From: Perna viridis
Lineage: Eukaryota
Direction: 5' to 3'
Assembly: GCA_037379345.1 (NCBI GenBank)
Contig: CM074512.1
Span: 59,479,597 to 59,543,596 of the forward strand
Length of the DNA stretch: 64,000 nt
A program made the position numbers and the translations under genes. Each line of letters begins with the position of its first letter. Position 1 is the stretch's first letter. Below, piece by piece: positions 42,301 through 54,300 of this stretch. Under the pieces are notes generated by a model. It made no database searches. It saw nothing but the letters and a program-made list of their open reading frames with translations, and was not told the origin of the DNA.

Positions 42301-45300
42301 GGGATGCAATTATGGGTTGAAAATATCTGAAAAAACAAATTTCAAAGAATGGGCATAATTTGAAAATTGCATCCTTTACAAACAAATCTATTCAAGGCAG
42401 CTGATAAACCAGTTGGATTTAGTTTGAAAAAAATATGCTTTATAGAGTATATTTCCATAAATAGCCTGTAATAACTATTTCATTTTTGTATCAAAGTTTT
42501 GTAACAGTGAAAACCTTAGTAAATGTTTTTGAAAGTTTGTAATACATTGTATTGGTACTTCTAGTGCAAAAGCTTTACCATGGGAGAATATGACATGTTC
42601 ATTAAAATCTGATACTTTGTTACAAAAACAGACCAGTTGTGAAGTGTAAATTATACCATAGAAGTGTGCTTCAGGAATAATACTGAAAAGTCATTTTTGA
42701 AGTTATTAGGATTTGGTAACTAATGAAACTAAGAAAAGCAGCAAGTGATATTTTCAAGAGAGTACCAAAATGTGACTTTTGTTATAAATTGATTCCTCGT
42801 TATATCTTGTTTTCTGTTAAGTCTTACCTGAGGGATAGGCATGTTAATAAGGTTGAATCTGCTTTTTAAACGAGGGCAAATCACTCTACGCCCACCACCT
42901 GGGGGACTCATAGCTGCTATCAGGAACATGTCCTAGAATATAAATTACAAATACATAACCTAATAATCAACAGAATTTCTATGCTTTGTAAATTCAAAGT
43001 TATTTTTTATATGATAGGTCATCAGTATATATGGGTGAAGAAGCAACTTCTAATTCTATAACAAACCATTTTGCCAGTATTTTGAAAGACATTTTGATGT
43101 GGTAAGAATTTGTAGTTCTATTTTTATTGCATATCTGGTGTAGATAAGGCGGTGAGAGAATTAACTTAACATGATTTATAGTATTTTCTATTCTTGAAAT
43201 TTAATGTTTAAAAAAATGCTTTTATTGCACTAATTAAGTGTAAAAATGCATATGCATTCATTCCAATTGTTTTGTCTTTTAAGGTACAGTCTTCCAAATT
43301 TAAGTGGTTGATAAAGGTTATTCATCAGTCGACAGTAAAAATTCTTCCACAAAAGTAAGGTAATTCACTTCCCCTCATTCTACTTCAAGAACTTGAACTT
43401 AAAATACATCTACTTTGTAAAGAATATTACCCTGATTTCCTTGTGGACCTGTTTCTCCCTATCATACCAAAACTTATAATCTAACCACATTCGCATCAGT
43501 TCTAAAGGGGGTTGAGAACCAAACTCATCTTTAGCTGGCATGTTAAAATCATCCATAAAGGTCAAAAGTTTCCTTCCTCCAACAGGTACATAAACACCTT
43601 TAGTTCTCTTTTCCACTCTACTTTCTATTACTTCTTGAACTTGGTTTGATGTTGTCTAAAACGTTCATCAGATAATTTTAAGTCCAACTATAAAATTTAC
43701 AATTCTTTTTATGATATATACCTTTAATATTAACATAAATTTTAATATTTTCAATGTAAAATACAAATATTTTTGAGGTCTGAATATGAATATTGGTATG
43801 AAGAATTGTAACATTTGTCCACACTATGCTTAAATACAAGTCTGTAAAAAGAATATTAAATACAGTAGATTCCTGATACAGTAGTTGCATAGTTCGTCTG
43901 TCAGAGAATATATACCGTTTACAGAAATATTCCTTCCAAGAGAAATTATTTGAAGTTTTCAGTGCTTAATTAGGTTGGTCTAAAATAAATTAGAACAATT
44001 CCATACATGATTTGATAAGAAATTGATTGTTTTGTGTGTTTATGCAATTAACAGGAAAATATAAATAACTGGTGTTACTAGTGGAAACCACTTTAGTAAC
44101 AACTAAAGTAAGAAAATACCTCAGAAGACATGTTGATAAACAAGAGCAAGTATGATTTAGGATCACTTCGGTTCAATGTCTGGTTAGCTACTGATGTCTT
44201 TCCTGTACCCACTGGTCCTACAAGTAACACTGGATTGAAGGAGTCTATGAGAGTAGACACCAAAAACTGGTACCTTACTGTATCAACAGTAGGAACTATA
44301 ATCTTGTAGAAAGGAACACTGGAATAAACAAAGGTTTCTTTAAAATTCCAAATTAAATGTTGTCAACAGCAAAAACAAACTATGTGAGCCATAAGTGGTA
44401 TTCCTGCATCCCAATTTAAGTGTATTGTAAAATGAAAGTGGAGTCAACAAACAATAAATTGGTGTGGAACAAGTCAAAAATCAAGTCCCAAAAAATGCCA
44501 CATCTATAGAGTCATGTCAAAATACCAAGTGATTGTAAAAAATAGTTGCAGAGAAAAGTTTCACAAAAACATGAGCTGGACAGACAGATGGACTAACAGG
44601 GGTAAAACTATATAGCCCACCTATTGAGCATGCATATGTAAGAAATTGTCTTCTAAATTAGCAGTTTTAAATAAATCAGACAAGGGTGACTCAACAATGT
44701 CATAAGCCCAAACCAGACTTAGTTTGTAATTCAGTAAAAAAAAAAAAATATACAGACTGTTTATGAAATCGGCAGTATGCAAGAGTCATCAGTCTTGATT
44801 TGGTTTTATTTGTAAGATTTTAATGGGAGACAAATGTCTAGTTTTCTCAGAAATACAGATCTGAATACAGATAGGACTGTTGTAAAAAAAAATATACCAT
44901 ATGTAAACAAAAAATGAAATGTATTTTTACACCATGAATCATCCCTACCTTTGGCAGTGTCTGAATCTTAAAAAAATATGTTTACAAGGGCATAACAAAT
45001 TATTTGTGGTCATGTAACGGCAAGGGGTTTGGGGACAGTGTAAGTTCCCCAGCAGGCCCAGGACAGCAAAGCACTCAGCCAAAAACTGATTTATGCATTC
45101 TAAAATCCTGAAAGATGGCTGTTTAAGCATTTAAATTTATCCCCCTATTTTTGCATAGTCAAGAATTTCAAATGAAAATTAAGATTTAAGTCAGAGTACA
45201 TAAAATTTTGAGTATGCATGAACAATAATGAAAATCTATTTTTATTTGGACTATATACCCTAGCTTACCTAGATTTTATGAAAGTATTGTCCATTTTTTA

Positions 45301-48300
45301 AACTACAAAAATCATAGTTCTCACCTAGGGTTGTATTTCCAACCATCCTTAAGCTTCTCATCCCAGTGAATCCAAGCTTTTCCTTTAGGATCAACATAAT
45401 ACTCATATATTGTATCTCTGTTAGGAAAAGTTCCTTCCATTTCTCGTATGAAGTTATCTAATCGTTTTCTACTTTCTTCATCAACCGATGCTCCTATAGA
45501 CCATATCATACAGAACAAGAACCATAACTCTACTACCCTTGCAAAACTTTCCTCTGACTGATCTGACATGTCCACTCCATTTCCTGGGGTAGCCAAAGCA
45601 TCAAACAGTTTGCATAATGACCTAACCCCATTCATTGGAGCAATCTGAATGATATCATGACAGTAATATTTCTTGAAAGTGAGGATTTTCACAAGGTACT
45701 TGTCAAACATTTTCTTCAATTCTTCAACCAGCATCTATGAAGAGAAAAGAATACACTGTAAGATTTAATAAAACTTTTTAGGTCACTAATATTGTTAGCG
45801 ACTTCTTGCACTCGTAATGTCAGAACTTAGTATTCTCATATGATTTGGATAAATATGTAGTTATACCCCACGTAATGCTGCAGATCCTCACCATGTTTAC
45901 CACCATAGCATCATAGTTCTAGCTTCATACAAGATAAAAATGTACCTCTTAAGTAACATACATGAGTGTTTCTTGCTTGTATGAGAACAGATGGTTGAAA
46001 ACATTCAGGTTATAACTGTTACAAAAGAGTACGCAATAATATCATGGGAACCAAGATTTCAGCAGAAGTCACCCAATTTTAGAGCATATCCCATCGATAC
46101 CATTTCGGATGTTGAAGGTAAGCCAAAATCAGTGACAGTGAATATTTGATGATAAGCGATTTTGAAAACTTCAGTCTTTGATTTACTTTTTGCTTCATCT
46201 TTTATAATAAGATACATTACATGATATACTTCTTAAAACAATTCAATACAATGTTTCCTGTACCTCATTGTCTTTTTTCTGCAATAGCCAGCTCTCAACA
46301 AAGGGCAACCACTTCAAATCTTCATAATCAAAATACACCATACCACATCTAGATACAGTGGCAGGGGAGGCAACAGACAAATCTCCTACTTCAAACAACA
46401 AGGACACAGGATCAGGAAGTGATATTCTCTCTCCGTTTATCAGTGTTAGAATTTTGTTATCATCCATAACAGAGTTCATACTTTCAATCCACAGGGTGTC
46501 AACTGGGCCATCAAATAATATCCACCTTTCATCTGGTTTGTCATCTTACAGGTTAAAAAAATGGTATTATAAAACAGATATGTTATGTACAATGTCTGCT
46601 ACAGGGTTTTACAAAAAAATCATCAAACAATTTTTATTTCAAAAATACAAAATCTGAATGTTTTGTTATAAAAACGTGTAAATCTTTCAAAAATATGATT
46701 TAGTTTTTGTCTAAAATAATAAAGTGCAAATTGTCTTCTACTTGTCTTTTCATAATATTGTCTTATCCCTTGGAATGACATCAAGTACATTATTTCAAAC
46801 ACTGAAATTAAAAAGAAACTGTCTTTTTCATAATCTAATGGGCTATGACCTACCATTACAAGCATTCCTTACAATACTAGAGAGTACACCATCATGCCAT
46901 TCATTGGTACTGAAGTCAAATTCTCCATACAACTCTCCTAAAGACAGGGCTTTCGGATTTAACGGAAACACCTAAAAAGATAAAAATAACAGGCTCAAGA
47001 CTGCCCACAGAGATAGTTATCAGCCAAACTGGATGCTGTAATTAGAAGAATGGGGAAGTTCTGCAGAAAGAAGATCAGAAATTGACACCTGACAGCAAAA
47101 AACAAAAATTTGTATCACTGAAAATACACACTCATCTTCGGTGCATTCCTTTTCATATTTTTTTCCTGCTTTGTCATACAATTTATGGAATAGTTGTGTT
47201 TTAAAAAGTTCAGGAAAAATGGGGTGTTCTTTAATGCATCTTTCTCAGCTGTTCCGCTGGCTGTTCAAGAATCTAACCAACCTAGGACAAAATATCTTGG
47301 ATTGTATTTTTAAAAGCAAAGCATAGCTTTTCTAAGAAAGGAAAGGCAATCATTACTGGACTTTATGCCAAGCTGTCAGTTGCATCAGTATGATATGAAT
47401 TTGTTTACTTAACAGATCATTATGTGAAAATATTCCCATAATTTACTCACCGTGATATCATAAGAATTTGTACAAATTACGAATCAGATCCACTAAAACT
47501 GAAAGGACATAGCTTGAGTAGCACTTAAGGGTAAAAATGTTGAAGCTCAAGGTGCTTACTTATGTAGGCAATGCCAACTACATATTACATAATCATTAAA
47601 CATTGTTCTACACTGTGCGTATTAACTCAGTATTTTTGTACTGTGTGTTTTTCTCTTTAAATCCCACCATTATCAGTAAGTTTCATTGAAGAGCTGACTG
47701 TTTCATTTCAAACATAAAACATTCAACTTTTATAATTAAATTTTATATGTTTCTCATATTTTATTTTTATAAGATGTGTTTCATTGACTCATAAAACATC
47801 TTGTATAAAGTCAATTATCCAATAAAGTTAACATAATTAATGATATGCACAGTAAATGTAATATTTTTTTGTGAAAACAATTTGATTATGCAAGACTTAA
47901 TTGTCAAATTATTTCCATGAAGGATTCTAAAGTTCTAGGTGACCAAAACTGATGAGACATGTACAAGGATTGACAAGTGTAAAAGTTTAGGCATTGCCAA
48001 AGGAACACATTGTTTACCTTCACATTCTGATATCCTTCTTCTCCCCTCTTAAACAAAGCAATAAGTGATCCCTGTAATGTTTTCCAAGCTACAGTTTTCC
48101 CCGACTGTGTTCCTCCAACCATCATGACAGAATGGCGGGAAAATTTTGTTTCAAACAACTGCATAGTCTTCTTAATCGTGTGGAGATTGGCCTGCAGTCC
48201 TTGTGTTTTCAGCTCAGCAGTTATAGCATTCTTCATCTACAGATAATAGACACAATGAAAATTATCATTTATTAGTTTTCACATAGTGTTACAACAGTCA

Positions 48301-51300
48301 AAATTGATCTGAAGAGTGAGATATCTTTGTGATGCTTGATTATATCAGTTTTTTTAAACAGCATGCAATTACTTTAAGAAAATAAATACTTGCTTTTGGT
48401 GAACAAGAAAAACAATGAACAACATTTCTTCAATGATAGCAAAGTTTCAAATCACAGAATTAGGGATAAAAAGGTCTCAGTTGTTTTAAGACATCCAAGC
48501 ACAATACTCCATGCAAATGTTTGTCATAAAATTTAAATACAGAGACTACATATTCTTTACTTTTTCAATAAAAAGACAAAGGTGAATCAACATTTAAATG
48601 GAGTAGGTTTTACATAAAATAGAAACTTAAGCATATTTACTTTCGATCTGCTGTAGAATGTTTCAAGTCTTTATCATGGACTAATGAGAGGGGCTTTAAA
48701 TCTATCATAATAATTAAGTTTTTAAATCAACAAACCAGAGAGTGTTCTACTACAGGCATCTCTACTCCATGGAATAAGTCGGACACAATACCATTAAATA
48801 GAGGCAAATCTGCAGTGGACAACTTAGCTAAGTTCATGTCCCTCATTGACAGCAGCAATATCTGAAATGGTAAAAATGTATGATTAAATGAAATGGTAAA
48901 AGCACTTGTATTATTTTTCTTGAAATGGATGTGATAAACATCACAGAGAACATACGGTACTTTTCTTACTCTTTTTCTAACTTATTTTAAAGCTCATCAT
49001 ACTCTACACAAGGAGAAAAAAATTATGTAACTTACACGTCATTAAATTGTACCTATATTGCCCCATTGTAAGACAATGAAATATGCACATTGTAAGTTAA
49101 AACAATAATAAAGGGGATATGGGCAGGCACATCTGGGTACTGGACTGGGCATGATTTAGTTTTATGACTAGTATACTTTTTAGCTACAAAAAGGAGTTAT
49201 GGCAAATGTTAAAAAACTCCAAATAACATAACTCCAAAACCATAAAACTCCCAAACTATAAATTACATTGTGCTCAAGTTACTTTGTTGAACTTATCATT
49301 TGTAAACTTGGGGGAGGGGGGGGGGGTGAAGAGAAAACCAGCCTGACAGTCTAAACAATGGACACATACCTATCAATTAAAGCAGGGGGTATGACATAAT
49401 ACAATGTGTGGTGGAGGTTTAAAAAAAATCTTCTATATCTATCAGCCATACCTCCTCATCATTCATATTAGGTGTTGTCCTTCTTTTGGGTCCAGCATAC
49501 CTAAGTACAGAAACCAATGCTCTCAGTCCAAAGTCATAATGGTCCTGTTTTGACAATTGTTGATCAGCTAATGAGTACAGTGTATATGTTTTTCTGGCTA
49601 GAACTTTACAGTTGTTGAAACCCTCACCAAATAAAATGATTTCAGCAATCAGAATGGAATCAGGTGATACCATGGCAATAGGACGAAACATTGCTTTCAA
49701 ATTGTCTGGTAGGTCTGCTCTCCCTGAATAGCCTGAAATCATGGTAGTGCATGTAATTAGTTAAGAAGTACTAACGAAAAATTGTTTTCAAATTATCTGG
49801 TAGGTCTGCTCTCCCCGAATAGCCTGAAATCATGGTAGTGCATGTAATTAGTTCAGAAGTACTAATATAATTTGTATTCATATGCAAATGCATGTTTTTT
49901 TTTCAATATGAGAGAAATATGATAAGAGCCCATGAGCACTTATCTTATCCAGTTTTACATCTTGCTAGCTTTTAACCAATTTGGTGATTGCAATAACAGA
50001 AAAGGCTTCAAACCAAGTATTGCTGGAGAAAAATGTACTGTCTAAATCCAATTAGAGGCTCTAGAGCCTGAATTTCTTGTTTGGCCTTCATAAAGACACC
50101 GATAAATGCTAATAGCTTAAATGAGCTTAAACTGACAACCATTGGCTTGAAAATCAGTATCATCACTCAGACAATGTCACATTTCGAACTTACATGAGAA
50201 TCTTTTTTTAAGATAGGAACAATTAGAAGACTGTAAAATGTATGATCAACAGTACAAAATAAATTCCAATCAAAAGGGGAAGTAAGTTGTTAGGTAGTAT
50301 GATATGTAGTTCATTAGTGCATTACATCTCAGGTAAGATGTCCAAAAATCACTGACTCCGGTAGTATGTCCAAAAATCACAGAATCTCAGGTAGTATGTC
50401 CAAAAGTCAAACAGACTCAGGTAGTAATGTCAAAAAGTCACAGCATCTCACTCATGTAGTATGTTCGAAAGTCACACATCTCACTCAGGTAGTATGTGCA
50501 AAAGTCACACAGATGCAGGTAGGATGTCCAAAAGTGACTGACTCAGGTAGTATGCCCAAAAATCACAGAACCTCAGGTAGTTAAGATCCAAAAGTAACAG
50601 AATCTCAGGTAGTAATGTCAAAAGTCAAAGTAAAGTCAAAAGTTCAAAGCATCGCAGGTGGTATGTTCAAAAGTCACAATATCTCAAGTAGTATTTCCAA
50701 AAGTCACAGAGTCAGGTAGTATGTCCAAAAATCACAGAACCTCAGGTAGTTAAGATCCAAAAGTAACAGAATCTCAGGTAGTAATGTCAAAAGTCAAAGT
50801 AAAGTCAAAAGTTCAAAGCATCTCAGGTGGTATGTTCAAAAGTCACAATATCTCAAGTAGTATGTTCAAAAGTCACAGCATCTCACTCAGGTAGTATGTC
50901 CAAAAGTTACAGAATCTCAAGTAGTATGTTCAAAATTCACAGCTTCCAAAGTTACACTGGTACAAAAGCTAAATTACTGCTACTCAATGGCATGATTGTC
51001 CAACTGTCAATTACAGACTTTGCCTCTTTTATTAAACAAATAGTGCAGGGGCATTTGGTCATGGCTATGACCCCCAAATTTCAACTTTGTTGTAATAACA
51101 AAAAAATGTTCAAAACATAATAATATACATAAGTGTAAGGAAAAGGAATCTTTAGAAGCTTTAGTTTATTGTAATGTCATCACAATGGTTCACAATTATA
51201 TGCTCATTAACAAAACAAATTACTGAGAATGGTAGGTTTTGTTGTTTTTCAGATACATTTGAATCCAGAAAACCTGTCCACACCCAAGAAACAAATTTAT

Positions 51301-54300
51301 ATTTTCACATATGATACACTATATGATGATAAATGCATTTATCAAATGTGAAGTTGTTTTGTTGTTGTGTACACAATTTCTTAGCCAGAAATATTACCAC
51401 AAAATGACCACAGAAGTTCAAAATTAGTTTGGAAGACTTCAAGCAATTCTTTTGTGCTTATGATGCAAGATTTTCAAAATCCTTATGTTTTCCCAGTGGT
51501 TATGTATTCAAGTCTTAAAATTCAAAATTTATCTAATGGTGTGTGAAAAATTCCACAGACATGTAACTTAGCTTTACATTAAAAAAATATCACAAGAGCT
51601 TACAGAGATATATACAACTTCAATAATGAAAGTAGAACATACTTGGATTCATTGTAATAAAGATTCCACAAGTGGCAATCAAGCTTATCTCTCTTCTTTC
51701 AAATGTAAACCTTGTTGTCCTGGAGGATAGTGCACTTAGTATTGATAAAATCTGTTGTGCCACAACTGACAGTACTTCTACATTGATACGATTGAACTCA
51801 TCAAAACAACCCCAAGCACCAGTCTAAAATGAGAATTAATCATAATGTCAGCACACTGATAAAATTAAAATTTCAGATCATCGACATAAAAATACAAATA
51901 GGAAGACAACAATGGTGTATGACTGGAATCCATGACAAAAACAATAACATTTACTATAACTATGTAGATTTGGAAACTATGTCAAAAGTGAGTCCCCAAT
52001 AAATCAAACAAAATTACAAAATAATATTGTGAAGCTGTCCTATTACAAATCTTAAAGAAAATATCATCAACAGAAAGATTAAAAACAGAAGTATATTAGG
52101 GTATCATATATTAACAGGATGATTATAAAATAATAATAAATTAAACTCAATAGAAAAGAAAAGACATCAAAAATTTACTTGCATTCATAGGTAAATTGTG
52201 ACTCCATAATTTTTCGTTTAATTTAATTAATGGTATTTTGGAACATAGCAATAAAAACTAAAAATTTTGATAATGGTTAATTCTCCAGCTATTTCTCTTT
52301 CATAAGGTGGAAAATTCTATATTAACTTTTAAATTACTTGTGAAATGGCATCACAATTGTTTTTTGGAAAAAGTAATTTTGTATTAAGATTCTTTGGGAA
52401 AAACACTTTTGGGATGGTGCAGCAATTAATTGACACACAAGATTTAAAAAAAAAATCGATTAACATTTTATCATTCAAATCCATGGAGTATTTCTTTTCT
52501 ACTTCAATCAACTAAATGTAGTTATATGTATAAGTTACCTGTGCCAAGCCAGAAAACATTTTTCCCATTGACCTGAAATCCAATCCTTCTGAGCAGTTGA
52601 CCACAATAACATACATGCCAAGAGCCTTTCCAAGATCTTTAACTGTCTCAGTTTTTCCTGTACCTGCTGGACCTTTAGGACTACCTCCTCTGTGGAGATG
52701 AAGAGCTGTTGTCAGGGTAATATAACACCTGTCAGTCAATGGTGTAATAACAAGACGTCGTGAGTTGAGGTATTCACAGCCATACCTAAAGTCAGTGTTG
52801 GTCTGTCTAATCACGCAAACATCACTTGCACCATCCTGTAACATCATTCAAATAACTAAAGAATTGTCCAGATGAATAAAAATCTTCTGTGTATATCAGA
52901 CCTAAAGCATAGTTTGGATGTACTATCCTTCTTATGTCACACCTCAAACATACTTTGAATGCACTAACATCATTCTGCTTATCTCATACCTTAAATATAG
53001 TTGAGATAATTAATATCATCCTGCTAATGCCACACCTAAAGTATACTTAGGATGTACTAACATCATTCTGCTAATGTCACTCCTGAAGCATCCCAAGAAT
53101 GTACTAACATCATTCTGCTAATGTCACATATATGTACAGAGCTGGATGACCAGTTAAGACTTTCACGTTAATTATAATATATGTTACAGTTAAAGGATTA
53201 TAATATATTTAAAACACCAAATTTAAGTTGAGGTATGATGTTTTCATGTGTTTAGTTCTATAAATCTAAGAAACAGCGAAGATAGATGTCAGGTGATTCC
53301 ATTCATGCTCCAATAAGTTGTATGTAGGCCTGAATTAAGGCATGATTTCAATTGTTTAATTGAAGATCAATGTAATTTGAGCATGTTCACAATCAATTTT
53401 ATCAAAAATTTTTTATTCATAAGTTAAAGGAAAGCATCATCATTGGTTGATTTTTCCTTAGCATTTGAACAAATTTTCTTTGAATTGAGCCTTGTTTTAC
53501 TTTCATTTTACAGATAACATGACATTGCGTGAAAACATAGGCCACCTTAATATCGACTTCGTGAATGTAAAAAAGAAGAGCTTCCTAATACCACATCTAA
53601 AGCTGTATTTACTTCCTGGGTTTTAAAAGTATGAATCTTTGTACATGAAAAAAAATATGAGTTCTTATTTCAGGAGGTAGACCTAGGGTAAGGGACATAA
53701 TTCTTGAAATCTGTGATATGTTTGTATCATATTCAATTTCACCAAAGCCTTTCAAGCTTTCATTTGAAACAGAATGAAATCAATCCACATTACTTTGATG
53801 CTTACATGAGATTGATATAATGAGCATGAATACAAACATTCCAATGATTTGTAAGAGTTGTGCCCCTAATCTAAGGTCTACCTCCTTAATGCTTGTATGA
53901 AAATAACCTAGTATTAAATACTTTCTGATGAAATTGAATTCACAAGTATAGATATACTATAGTGCAACAATTACCCTCTCCATATAGTATCGGAGTTGAC
54001 AGAGCCATTCAAAGGCATTCTCATCATTACAACCAGTCTTGATTAGTTTCTCTATCACATCTCTGGCATGTACTTCTATAGTAACCAGGGCAGTTACTTT
54101 TAGTCTTTGGACCTTTGTTAGGTTAGAACGAATTATCTCAGAATACTTGTTCAATGATGTCACCTAAAAAACCACAAGAATTAGCATTAGAAAATTTAAT
54201 AAAATTTTATAGCATTTAATTGAGCTTTCAGAAATGTACACAAATAGTACTGAACTTTATCAATAAAATACTTTGATCTTCCATAAAAGAGTAATTTTTT

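Noticed and set aside
45790-46200. Slightly GC-richer intronic stretch that might be a coding relic
   Set aside because: No recognisable motif, termini or open frame; cannot support a call
50366-51120. ORFs with SGSMSK / VVCSKVT repeats
   Set aside because: By-products of the 30-bp minisatellite; no splice or domain support
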